Assembly: GCA_053919585.1 (NCBI GenBank) | Contig: CM132785.1 | From: Euprymna scolopes | Taxonomy: Eukaryota | Reading direction: 5' to 3' (one strand) | Length of the DNA: 64,000 bases | Part shown: in pieces, positions 51,701-64,000 of the stretch | How positions within the stretch are numbered: the first letter of the stretch is position 1 | How the letters are laid out: each line of letters opens with the position of its first letter | Notes under the pieces: model-generated | Told to the model about the DNA's origin: nothing | Database searches by the model: none | What the model saw: only the letters and a program-made list of their open reading frames with translations | Position numbers and translations under genes: made by a program

Positions 51701-53090
51701 ATGTTTAGCAAGCTCCTGAAATTGGGGATTTCCTGTGATCAAAATGTTCCGCATGATATTTCGTTCCTTGGAAGATTTTATATAAAGTGCAAATTCGTAT
51801 TGGAAATCTTGAGTTGAACAGAGTATCCTTTGATACAGATTCTGTTGCGGTATTGATAGTATTTGCGACGCTTCAAATCAGACTAACGATATTGCGGAAC
51901 ATTTTTATCTAGATGGTGAAGATATTTTAATTGTCGCCAAGGCAATGGTAACAGTTTCTGTTAAGAGGACCTTACCAACATTGAAATTATTAGCTTTTTT
52001 TATGTGTGGCAAACACGGTTTTATGCTGGTTAATATGTTCTCTTCCAAAATATTGAGTGCCATCATTATAGTCTTGGAAGCTAAAGTTGTTTTGTCCTGG
52101 CTTCTGTCCGATACTATTAACTCGATTTGGCGTGTTATGAGAAACGTTTACATAGTATTTCAACGGTGATATTTTTATTTACAAAACAGGGGAGATAATA
52201 TTAAATTAAAATATATCAACACAGGCAATTATCCCGCGGACTTCCTTATGCGAGGCATTTCTCTAAATAAATTATTAAGGGAATTTTGGTGAGTAGCTCT
52301 GGTTGGAAAGTGGGTAAGGTAAGCCGGCCTACGCTTGGCTTGGATTGCCTCAGCTTGACTAAAAAATTGACTTAAAATGCTCAATAATGCATAAACAAGT
52401 TGTGAGCATGAGTTGAATGATTTTCCGTAATTAATGAAGAAAGACCTTCATCTTTAAATAACTTCATGAGAATATTAACTTTAGTTTGTAAATTTATATA
52501 TTAAATAAAATGTACCGATCGTGATGTTAGTCTTTGGGTTAGATCATATTTAATTAAGCTTACTCATAAACAATTTCTGATCAGGGAAAGAATTATCTAA
52601 ATAAATCCTTTTGTAATCGTATCCCTTAATATATATCCAAATTTAATCCATATCTGGGTTAAGAAAGGTTGATAGGTTTTCAAACACAAATTGACAACTC
52701 TATCTATTTTCCAAAGTTTTTATGCGCCCTGTTTTATTGCCTATCTCATTTCATGTGACTCGTTTGATATTCATGGATTGCCATGTTTAGTACACACATT
52801 TGGAAACAGCTGCAACTATTTTCTAGATGCTGTTCTAAGTATTGTTGTTACCTATGGTTAGCAAACTTACAAGATGCTATTCTCTTGTTGTATGTTCTGT
52901 AAAAGATACAACTCCTTGCGTTTTAAGTATCCCAAGATAACTAGATTACTTAAGCGTGGGGTTAACTTGTTTAATCTTTCCCGCATATCAGTATTGACTT
53001 TACGGGTAATTGGTGAGTTCAGACGAAACTACGAAAATGTATCAACTGATATTCACATATAATAAGATCAGAGACATTCATTTGCTGGAC
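48800..53090 (-). pseudogene. Endogenous viral element: decayed Mononegavirales-like L protein (RdRp) gene
   Basis: Collinear motifs on - strand: LNSPI (53022-53008), frameshifted ARTxGH(P)-like (~51640-51610), KEQLKIGRIF (51080-51051), D.SK/YSTRQR...GNPIYRRTH (50727-50627), FLEG (50515-50504), RDN plus VIV for GDNQVI (50420-50401), LPNSISGIG (49876-49850), ASLN (~49685). Confidence 0.72.
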
Positions 53091-53199
53091 ATGTTTAATC
53101 ACTCGGGTTTATTGTGTTTTTGAGATTCTTTAATATCTTTAGAGTTCTTTCAGACATTTATTCTGACAAAACTTGTATTTTTGTAGCAAGTTTACTTGT

Positions 53200-54400
53200 C
53201 GGATGATTTTAAAAAAAATATGACACTTATCGCATCACATCTCAGACAATACCTATGCATTCGACTTGGTAAGGGGCGGTGTAAGAAACATTTGTAACTC
53301 TTCTTTTTTCCTATTCTTCCTTTCTCTCGGGTTTTGCTTCACCGCTGCTGGTGTAGTTCGTCATATGACTAATATCTCCCTCTTGATTTATTTGCGCATT
53401 CCTGCCTGTTGAGATAAAATTTAAGCCCAACTTCGTAGTTCAAACTAGATACTTTTAATGAATCTACGTGTTATATGCCCTTTGTATAAACAGAACGTAT
53501 AAATGTTGCCGTGAACTCAGCTAAGTTACATATCGAAGTGTATAATGTTGAAGTTATTGCCTCTAAGGTACTTGACGAATTTGTAATCTCCTTCATGTAA
53601 ATCTAGGAAATCTGTCGGGGAGCAGTTAAATATGCCAGGAAAATACAAAGCAGCCTTCAGAAAAAAACACATGGGAAATATTCTGATTCAGGAAGATTGA
53701 ATTGAGAGGGTCTATCGTTATAACTGGGTATTTTCTTCTAAGGCTTGAAACATGGATACATCTCAAGCCGGATTTTTTTTTTATTTGTAAGAAAAGAATA
53801 TTTTTTATTCTGAGCAGGCTTAAGGAAGGAACTAAGAAGGTTTTTTCCGAACGTTTTGCCTTTGAAGAGAACTTTATTATATGAAAAACCATGTGTATCT
53901 TTAAGGTTACTCCTTCAGGAAAATGAGGAAACAAATTCCTAGCTATAATGTATTCTCATAACATTAGTTCAGATAATAATTTATCTTCGTCTGCATATAT
54001 TTTAACTAATCTACTCAAAAAGTCTTTAATTTTAAAATAGACATTACACAATTTAAGTATGAATTGCTAACAAAAGGAGCAAACTCTTTCCGACTTTACT
54101 AAAGTATTTCGGTTTTCTACAAGAAAACAACATAACTTTGGTTTTCTAAAAAGAAAAATTACGTCGGTTGAAATAAAATTTCACAGCAGTAAGTATAAAA
54201 GGCCTTCCTCACCCGATTTTCTTTCTTTATATCTTTCGTAATTGTTACCAAACAAAAGATTTTCTTTGTAACTAAACCCAGATTTTAACAGCAGACAGCT
54301 TTTTACTTTGTTTTTACTCCAGGACTTGTTGTTTTCCTAATAAAATTGTTAGTTTATCCACCAATTTTTTTCTCTTCCCATTTTTGTTATTATTATTTAT
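53200..54400 (-). pseudogene. Decayed ORF co-oriented upstream of the L-like gene (possible second viral gene)
   Basis: Long frames with sparse stops (SCLLLKSGFSYKENLLFGNNYERYK...; SYNKVLFKGKTFGKNLLSSFLKP; KAALYFPGIFNCSPTDFLDLHEGDYKFVKYLRG) and a charged tail; same base character as the L-like region. Confidence 0.35.
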
Positions 54401-54885
54401 CTTTGTACTGTTAACGCTTTTATACGTGGAAGTGGCATTTATTGGAAGCGATAATACTAATTCCGGCATGTTGAATATGGTCAGACATTCATTCTATCTT
54501 CTCCTATTTAAACATTGAGCTTTTTAAACATTATTTATTAATAGATTACATTACAATTTAAAACGCTGTATGCAATGTTATATTTAATAGATGGCGAAAA
54601 AAGAATACACCATAGATTTTAACTAGATTAAATATCTGCACAACTCTTTTGCCTTCTAATGTTATGTTTTGAATTTACTGAGCAAAAACAGTAAATTTAA
54701 TGATCGTTTTGTGATAAAATAACAGTTCTCCTGTTTCATAATAACCGAAAATCATTGCCAGGTATCAACCATTTCGTTGTAAAAATTCTATTACTAATAT
54801 TAGTAATAATATTACTACTTCAAACTATAATAGTAATAATAATAATGGTGTTATAATTCACATACATTGAGCGTATGGTACTTAA

Positions 54886-54918
<33 letters not shown>

Positions 54919-56607
54919 TTTTTTTTTGTATTATTACGCTTCTCGATTCGACCGTTATCGCTGTGACAATCCCTTAGATTGAACATGGAATATTCTTAAT
55001 GGCTAATAAACATTTCAGTTTAATAAAACAAAAATGGTTTCGCTAGTAACCATAATGATTAATGAGAAACAATTACTACCTTTATGGTCATTAATTTCGA
55101 AAAAGAAAAACGATTTTAAATTTGCTATTTTATTTTATAATTAAAATAGGTAATTTAAAACTGTTTTTCATCATATTAGTTTTAAATAATCACTTTATTA
55201 TTAAATCACAGTTTTTTCACATTCGTCGTTTTTATTTATTTGGTAAAACTAGCAGAGAACGGTCTGTTTTACGGTTGCTTTATAAATGAACGGACATATA
55301 AATTTCGTTGCGTTTTAATCTTTTTTTAATTACACATGCGCCCCAAAACAATCTAAAGAATTACACTAAAACATCCCTACTTTTTATATGTAAAAAAATG
55401 AACGATTTTTGTAAAAAAAATAAATATTAAAAACAAACCCGAAATAATTTAATTATTCAATTTGGTCATTAGAATTATCAGAAATTTGTCAATTTGATAT
55501 ACCATTTTTTGGATTTTTTACATTAGTCCAACTCACTGTTTTAATTGGAAATGTCGACTTTTAAAAGTTTTCCGGTATGCTTTCAACGAATACGCACCCC
55601 TAACCTTCCCATGTTAAGAACAACGTTCGGAATAGACACCCGTAACCTCCCACTGATGAGAACAGCTGTCGGATTAGACACGTCTGGACTTGTCATCATA
55701 TCCCAAAATTTATAAAAGTTTACATATCCAATGTGAATGGCGAGTTGGACGTAATGAAATAATGTATCAGATTTAAAATGGAAGAAAATTAATTTTCCGT
55801 TACATTTTTCAAATGACCATAAAACAGATGGTTCTCCGCAAGTTTTCATATTCATATTATTTTAATTGATTTAAAAATAAAACATTTCCTTTATTTGTAT
55901 TGTATGAACATTAGAGTATATCAATAAAACAAAAAGATTTAAAAACCAAAACAATTATTGTATGCATTCTTAATGTAAGTAAAAGTGAGTAGATGTTTCT
56001 TGGGAAGAGTGTTATCTGATGCAGGTAATATAATATAAATTATATTTTGTTTAATCTATAACATATCTCAAAATGTCGAAAATAGAAAAATATATTGACA
56101 GTGGAAGGAGGCAGATCGAACGTTGAAAATCAAAACATTTATTGTATACATTCTTAATTTAAATAAAAGTAAATACATGTTTCTTTTGGAAGAGTGTGTG
56201 TCTGGGAAAGGTTATGTTTACCAAAAAATATATTTCGTTTCATTTAAAACATCTCTCAAAAAGTCTAAATAAAAAAAATAATAACTTTGGGAGCAAAGCG
56301 AACTTTTCCCAAATGAAAAAAACTTACAAAATAATATTAATAAAATGTCGGCGAGAAAAGGATAAAACTCGTAAATAAATAAAACCAATATGGGCGGAGA
56401 AGGGATGGCAGACTGAACTTAAATTATAAAAAAAATCCATTTTAAACAAAAATTACGCATTAGAACAAGGACACATTTTAATAATTATTATAGTTGTTTT
56501 TTTTTAATTTGCAAACAGAAAACATTGCAAAAATATAGAAAATGTTAATATCCTTCTTTTATATGGCTTAATAATAATACAAAAATATTGATTCCAAATT
56601 CTTTAAT

Positions 56608-56654
56608 TTTTAGGGGGTTCTATTATTGTATAACAATAATAGAACCCCCTAAAA
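56608..56654. repeat. Perfect 22-bp inverted repeat with 3-nt loop
   Basis: ttttagggggttctattattgt-ata-acaataatagaaccccctaaaa. Confidence 0.97.
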
Positions 56655-56939
56655 CTTTCGTTTGAAATATAAAATAAACCACTTTATTTCATTAATAATA
56701 TTTAAAAAAATAGTTCTTCTAAATTTAGACTTTTGCATTGGATTTAGTTTCATTAATTAAACAAAAAAGTTATGTTTCCATAAATATCTAAATTGATCAT
56801 TAGGTATGGTATAGTTTTAATTCATGAAAAATGTTTTTTCTAGATCAGGAAATAATTTAATATAATAGAATTTCCTACAATTTATGTCTGATTATTTTTT
56901 TGTAAACAATCAAGACATGAATCTATTTGGAATTCTATT

Positions 56940-57090
56940 TGCATATGTTTGTTATTAGATTCCAAAAAAGAGGGCTACCACACTGCTACATGATTATAAT
57001 GCATCGAAATCATAATAAGTTCAGAACTGTACAACAGATTAGTGCAATTGTATCAGCAGATACCTCGATCCGGAGATCAGGAGCGTCCTT
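56940..57090 (+). mobile_element. Helitron Rep (HUH) domain fragment
   Basis: VIRFQKRGLPHCYMII...QQISAIVSA matches Rep motif 2 (VIEFQKRGLPHxH...ISAE). Confidence 0.85.
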
Positions 57091-57173
57091 ATGTCTTCAT
57101 GGTTCAACCTCATTGTAATTTTTTGATCATGTGATAAGAAGTATCTTACTGGTGTTAGATTTTATAATCTTCA

Positions 57174-57228
<55 letters not shown>
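57174..57228. repeat. (ATT)n microsatellite (another at ~54887-54917)
   Basis: Direct observation. Confidence 0.97.
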
Positions 57229-57232
<4 letters not shown>

Positions 57233-57783
57233 ATAAGTAGAATGTATTTTCACTATTAATTTTAATGTATTATAACTATAATTTCATTATGATAATAATC
57301 ATTATACATGTATTATTATCATTATTCAAACCTACTCGATAATATGCATATATCTTTGACATGCTATCTTTTTTTTTGTTTGCAGCTGTTTAATAATTCC
57401 TGCCCATTGACCCAACCTATGCGAACTTTGACATATCCCTTTAACGGACGCATCGAGAGAATCCATTTAAAGTCATCAAGTCAACTGCGTAGGCATCAAA
57501 CTTAACTATGTTTTCAATTTATATTACCCGAGAAATCTTGTCATTCTACCCCCGAGGCGAATAATTTCCCATTATTACAAGAACCGTCTCGCCACATAGC
57601 ATTGATGTAATTTTCAAACTCGTAGACACACTGCAACGCTTTACCGTAGCTAGCGACACAGCCCCAGGTTATGGGCGATATCATGAAGCCGTTCATTGAT
57701 CTTTGGAACAGATGGTATCGTCTTATGCAATAAACGTCTAGTTCTTGCTTTTGATATTTTATTACGTTTCTTTTATTCTAACC

Positions 57784-58950
57784 ATGAAAACGACTTGTGT
57801 GATGGCTGGATGTAATTTGTAAAAATATGATGCTTTGCAAACATAATCGTTTTCAGATTGTAAACGTCTGCTGCGTTAAAAATATTTGACCATAAATTTT
57901 TACTTTATGAGAATATGATTGCCTAGCAGAAAATAAGCTGTTTAACATTGAAAATGTGCGTATGTGTTAAAAATATCTGTCATTAAATTATATTTTTACG
58001 ATTATTTTGTTTAAATCTTCTGGAGAGCTTATTAACTATCGATGCCTATACCAACGATCAAATTTTAGAAACAAAAATATGTAATGTCAAAACCCTATAA
58101 ATAAACATCATAATTGTTTAAAATCATATAGTTTAACTCGGAAAGTTAAAGACCTCCACTGCTGATAGTAGAACTAGTAAGTAAGCGACCTTTATTGCTC
58201 TAGAATGCATTTTGCTACATACAACCAACCTTCTCAATACACGATCAACAACGATCCACACAAACTGTGCTGGGTGTTTGCAAAACGCGTCATCATACGA
58301 GAGTTGTAATAACGCGGAAACTATCTTCTTTAAACTCAAACAGTCGAAGAATGACAAAAACTGGAGTGGTGCTTTTAAAACAATAAAAATTGTTTTTGTA
58401 TTTTTTATTTTAGTTTTCAAGTTTGTTGTATTTATATCCTACAATGTCATGTATAAGATATATAATAAATACTGCGACAAACTATTTAGTATGTTTTACT
58501 TCCTGGTTGTTTATGACCGATGTGCTGTCTTCAATCTCCATATTATACAACTCGTTTAAACAACCCCTAAAAATATCATTTACGTCCTGATGCTCAACAC
58601 TTAGCTTAAACATATACAACGCTGTTCAAGTCAGTAAAATTAGTTTTAGTAGTTTGGAGCGAGGAAAATGCGCGGTTGAAACAAATTAACAAAATGGACA
58701 ATCTATTTGATCGTAAAAGCAATGCATGCCTGATCTCTATTCGTCATGATGACCAATGGGTAATAGAACAAAATTGTAATTTTAGAAGGATCATGCTAAT
58801 AGTTCTCAGCACCATCATGTTGAATTGGATGTCATTCCAATCGCATATAAGCACGTCAGAAAATGTTAACTTAATACAAGGTATTATAGGAAAGCTTTTC
58901 TATATTTATCCGAGGATTATTTGAGTCATGTCTTCCGTTCGAAAAAGAAG
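57784..58950 (+). mobile_element. Highly decayed THAP/P-element-like transposon remnant
   Basis: MKTTCVMAGCN...NVRMC (THAP-like C2CH start); KMDNLFD and LIQGIIGKLF resemble the P-transposase DxxFD and QDxxExxF motifs. Confidence 0.35.
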
Positions 58951-59280
58951 TTGTTGGCAGTTAAATAATTACTGACATGTAAAATAGAATCGGATCAGTA
59001 TTGCAATGTTAAAATCCTATTGTGTTCACTTCTCGACAATTCTAATTGTAATGTTGCGAATACACCCATTTGCCTTTATTTAAGTTGTGAATACAAGTGT
59101 ATATTATTTGTATTATTCAGCCTATGTTTCCTCAATTGCTTGTTTGGTCGTTTTTATTTTACGACATACCACCCTTTTTAGGTTATTTCATGCCGAATCC
59201 AGTTATTTTTAAGAAAATTTTTTAATAGAATATATTTGTTTTCTCAAGACGGTTTCTATTGTACCGAGTGCTAGAAACCT

Positions 59281-59410
59281 AACAGGTACTACCACCCCGG
59301 GGCAGAGTAGACCTGGGAGCAATGACAAATAAGGGGGTGCTTTAAAATTCCCCAAACTCGCAAGCTGGGGCCTCACCAGTGGATATAATTTAAGGTCATA
59401 TCCAGCACCT
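59281..59410. mobile_element. Short interspersed repeat (SINE or LINE-tail-like)
   Basis: GC-rich island acaggtactaccaccccggggcagagtagacctgggagcaatg...ggggcctcaccag...gtcatatccagcacc in AT-rich flanks; family not identified. Confidence 0.45.
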
Positions 59411-59903
59411 TTCTGAATTGGGTAATTTACCTACAACTTTTAGGTTTATGTATTCTTTGTTTTTTTTCCAAGTGTTTATTGCCAAAATATTGAACTTTTT
59501 GTAAAATTCGGGAATCTGCAAGGAGTATTGAGAAGACTTGTTCCAGGTGCAACACGCATTGGATAATAAGACACGTCTAGGTAAATGTGATAAGTAATTC
59601 AGAGTGTATTTTTAGTGTCATTGCAACGAGCATTGAAACTTTAACCGACAGAAAACTGTAACGTACTACTGAATTTATTATGTTTGTTTCTACTTGAATA
59701 CTGCTTTAACTGAAACAATTTGAAGTAAATGCATTATATAGTTAACTGAACAAGGCATAGGTGCTTTGAATCTTTACACGCGTAAACAACAAAAATCTTT
59801 ATGACCAGAGTCGAAAATACTTTTCTCAGACTGAATTGTAAAATAACATAACGAAAAACGTAGCAATCGTTTAGAAAGTAAGGTAAAATATGGAAGGACA
59901 CAC

Positions 59904-59974
<71 letters not shown>

Positions 59975-60199
59975 CATATATATGTTATTGATATAAACTA
60001 TTTTACAAGATCACTACACTGGGTATGCTAATATTTCCGACAGATGGTTGATTAAAACCACAGGTCCTCATCAGGCTTCTTAAAAAAGGTGTGTCTTAAA
60101 CAGAAGTCGACATACATTAAATACACAGACTGGAATGATTAAATTGTCGACCTAGAAAAGACGACATTATTCTATTTTCACTTGATTAAAATCGTTTCC

Positions 60200-61000
60200 T
60201 TCTTTTTTGCTGTTGTAAACAATTTACTAGTTCACTATCCCAAGTACAAATTCCAAGAGCGATAGGAGACTCCTCTCATGGCAGAAAGTGCACAATATTC
60301 TATGAGCGAGAGTGTAGATTTGCTGTAGTACAAGTCATGCTCTTCGCCGATCCAAGTTATGACATCAGGAACATTGACAACACAATCAAAATACATCGCT
60401 GGATTTCCACGAATAGCAGATGTGGCAAGGGTGATGAAAACAAAGCATGCGCCCATGGTCATTGTATTTGGTGTGGTTTCAAGTGATTATGCCACTTCCC
60501 AGCTTCGGAGTCGGCTTTAAAGTAAACACCAAATGGTTCCTGTATGTGCTGAAGATTGTTCTGATATCCATGGTCCAATCAGGTGGCCGGTCACAGAATA
60601 TGCGTTATGCCGTAGAATTGAGCACTTGCCCACAAGCCCAAAGAGTCACAGTCTTGTATCCAGAAAAAGTGCTAAAAGTGTGTACCCTTCTCTCACTGCC
60701 ATTTCCTCCGCTGACTTGAATCCGGTAAACTTCTTCGGTTGCGTATGTGTTGTGAACACCGCAAACATGGTATCCCACAACCCAAAAGCCAGCCTGATCG
60801 ACACCATTTGCCGAGTATTCGCCCACCTCCTGTCTGACTCATATCAAGGCGGTGATTACGCCTGAAGGCGGCTACATTGAATAAATTGCAACTCTAATAT
60901 ATAATCAGATCACTTGAATTGATTTTTTTCAATAACAGTTTTAAAATAAATCTGTAGTGTTGTTCCATTTAGGGCAACAATTATATCGTTCCCTCCTATA
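60200..61000 (+). mobile_element. maT (DD37D-like) mariner transposon remnant
   Basis: KTKHAPMVIVFGVVSSD, GFKVNTKWFLYVLK, SSADLNPVNFF, SHNPKASLIDTI, VITPEGGYIE*; TIR-like end ...atcgttccctcctata. Confidence 0.8.
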
Positions 61001-62124
61001 GGATTATTTGTTTCTCTCCTCTCAAATACACCATACAATCAGAAGGCTAAGCACATTCAATACAAATCTAGCGTTTCTAATTTGTACATCAGTATCCATA
61101 TATTTTTGTCTATCACTTACTTAGATAATGATAAGCACAGTGTTGAAAAATGCGTCAAGTTTAATGAAACATATGCGCATTTAGAATAAGTACTATACTA
61201 GTTCATTATTTGATGGCAACCATGAGATTAACCTCTATATAATTAATATGACCGAGGCAAAAACCTTGCTTGCGATATAAACTTGGTGGTTGAATATATT
61301 TGTGTAGAGTGTCGCAGAAACATAACAATGGTTCAATCATTGAAGCACGGGGTGTGAAGACGCTCGATATTTCTTTAGTTATTATTTATATATATTTATC
61401 TAACTTATGTATGTTTAGTCTTTTTGATCTTGTATGTATCATGGTAACATAAATGCAACATTGCTCAGTACTAAGAATCAAAATATATAAAATATATGAA
61501 TATAGTTTACTCTACCCATATTAGCAGGTAAGTAGCCATATTGTTCACCATTTATTTGACAATCTCAGAAATCTCTCACGGATCATTTACAGATAAATAT
61601 CACGCTTAAATTACAAGCAATTTAAACAGTTTTCTTATAGAGGATAGATTTATGCCAGCGAGAGATCTCCATGTATCCTATTAGTATTCAATCTAATTGC
61701 ACTTTTGTAAGTTTAAAATTGAAAGAATTCGAAGATATACAACAATTCACAACCAGAATTGACCTCTCCTACCCAAGTACATAAACATAATACTAGAAAT
61801 TAATTATTTGATGTAACAAACCTGCAATAGGAAGATATACCCGGTTAACAAATCGCTGCACTTATGTAGATATATAAATATGCGTATTCAGCTTTTACAT
61901 AAATTTGTGGAATCTTGTAGGGACAATATTAGAAATATAAAATACATTCAAAACAATTGAGAGCCTGCAGAAATTCCATATCGTATAATTTAATCATTGC
62001 AAAAGATGTTACCGCAAGTTTGTTTTTTAAATAATTTAAAAAGAGAGGACTAACGAAGTTAAATATCTCATTGTTAAAGGAAATGATCATATTTCACTAT
62101 GGAAGAGGACGTGTATCATATTTA

Positions 62125-63265
62125 TGAACTCATTTCTCTCCGATAGGTTCATAAGAGTAGTGGTTGATGGGCAGAAATCAGAGGCCCACAGTATTAATGC
62201 TAAATGCTAGACTCGCCCAGGGGTCCATCCTGGGCCGAACTCTCTTCAGATCTACATCAATGATCTCCCTAATAACATACTTAAATCATTCGTTGACATC
62301 TATACTGACAACACGGTCATCTATGGCAACATATCAAAGGCCGTAAATGACAAAGTTCTCTCTAATTCTCTCTCCTCTGATCTTCAGCACGTGGTACAAT
62401 GGGGGGAGGAGGTGGCTGGTCACTTTTAATGCATCCAAAACAAAGTTTCTATCTTTAGATCATCAACGCTCTGATCCCCATCTAGCATCAATTGAAATGG
62501 ACGGCTCTCGTCTTGGGGAGGATTCATGCTTTGACAAGCTTCTGGGTTTGACCTTTACTCCTGATCTGAAATGGAACACGTACATCAAATCTGTTGCCCG
62601 GGACGCTGGGAAAATGGTGGGATCCTTCTACCGCTCCACCAGATATTTCACTACTGATGCAATTCTCTATCTGTATAAAAGGCAAGTACGTCCAAGGATG
62701 GAGTACTGCTGCCACATCTTGGCAGGAGCTGCTAAAATAACCTATCCTGCCTTGACAGAGTACAAAATAGACTTCGTGGTTTAGTGGGGGATACCCTTTT
62801 CACTTCCCTGCAACCTCTCTCCCACAGAAGAGACGTTGCGAGCCTGTCTTTGTTTTATCGTTATTTCCATGGCAGATGCTCGTCTGAGCTCCAATCTCTC
62901 GTCCCTCCCTCGCCAATCTTTTACACGTAACACCCGTCTGGCTGAAACTACTGTCAATAATTTTCCCCACTCTTTATCTGTGCCTAGATCCAAACGTAGA
63001 TTCCATGAGCAAAGCTTCTTTATTAGAACTGCACGCCAGTGGAACTCTCTGCCGCTTGTCTGTTTCTCACCTTACTACAACTTGGACGTCTTCAAGTCCA
63101 ACATAAAAAACTCCTGACAAACCGCCCCCTTAAGACACTCTATCAAAACCCCCAATACTAATGATTACTAGAATACTATCTGATTGATTACTGTACACGC
63201 AATAACCCTTTTCCCTGAGTGGCCTTCGAGCCTTGATAAGTGTTGACCCCCATGTAAAAAAAAAA
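62125..63265 (+). mobile_element. 5'-truncated CR1/Zenon-like LINE with A-tail
   Basis: QGSILG, WLVTFNASKTK, DAGKMVGSFYRS, RPRMEYCCHI, SFFIRTARQWNSLP, family tail; highly similar to 47487-48600. Confidence 0.95.
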
Positions 63266-64000
63266 TAATTATAGTCGCAGCATATGATTATAAAGATATA
63301 GCCACCTTCACATAAGTAAGCATTTTAAGTAAAACATGTATACGGACTTTGGAATTAGGTTTTCGTAATGAACCCCCCACGAATAGAACATTTGTGTAGA
63401 CTACGATAAGAGCGTAACAATGACATTCAGAGTGTGTCCTTATTCAAAATTGCGCAAGACCAGTAGCGTTTAATGCGCATGAAGAAACGTTGTACACGCT
63501 AAAACCATTATGCGCCGGCAATTTCAGTTTTCAGCCATCCAATCGCAGAAATATACATATGCAACTAGTTATGAATATATAAATCGTCGATTATTAACTC
63601 GAGCGCGAGCGAATGCATTCTTCACGCATTGTGTTAGAAGCACTGAGGCGAAATGTTGAAATCTAGGGCCCATAGAAGCAATTGAAATCATTGCCTTGAT
63701 TTGAAACAACTGTTTACCTTAGCTGATATTCTACTGCACCATATCTTTCAGTTTTTTTGTGTAAAAAAGAAATAATTTTGTTTGTTTCGTATTCATGTCT
63801 AGACGCATACATTACGCTTACGCACCCTTGTTTCTTTTATTAATTAATGTAATACAAAATCGAGTAGTGATTTTGTTCTTTTTACTAACTTATAGGCACT
63901 AATGAACATCCTAGTGTAAATCTAGTATATGGGTCAACTATGTGGAGGTTGAATCTCTAAAGAAAAATAACGATGGGATTAAAACTATTTGATAACTTTA

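Noticed and set aside
60020-60080. CTGATGAG-long stem-GAAAT on the minus strand as a hammerhead
   Set aside because: Stem II is plausible but no convincing stem III or cleavage triplet; at most a decayed relic

Overview
AT-rich eukaryotic (invertebrate-like) genomic DNA with five assembly gaps, many (TA)n tracts and no intact protein-coding gene that I can support. Most recognisable sequence is decayed mobile DNA: at least eight pieces of one CR1/Zenon-like LINE family, an RTE LINE with a 5' inversion and TSD, a LOA/R1-like RT fragment, a Penelope-like (Naiad-type) element inserted in (TA)n, Tc1/mariner remnants (TRT/DD37E, maT-like, Tc1), Helitron pieces, SINEs and foldback MITEs. The main finding is missed by the ORF track. 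The minus strand at about 48.8-53.1 kb carries a heavily decayed but collinear set of motifs of a negative-strand RNA virus (Mononegavirales-like) L polymerase, preceded by a second co-oriented decayed ORF at 53.2-54.4 kb. Together these suggest a ~5.5 kb endogenous viral element, cut at its 3' side by a younger LINE. A candidate TATA/CCAAT promoter (36.2-36.9 kb), a candidate enhancer (24.7-25.15 kb) and an unidentified decayed coding island (41.9-43.5 kb) also deserve checking. All translations were done by hand, no database searches were run, and element boundaries are approximate.
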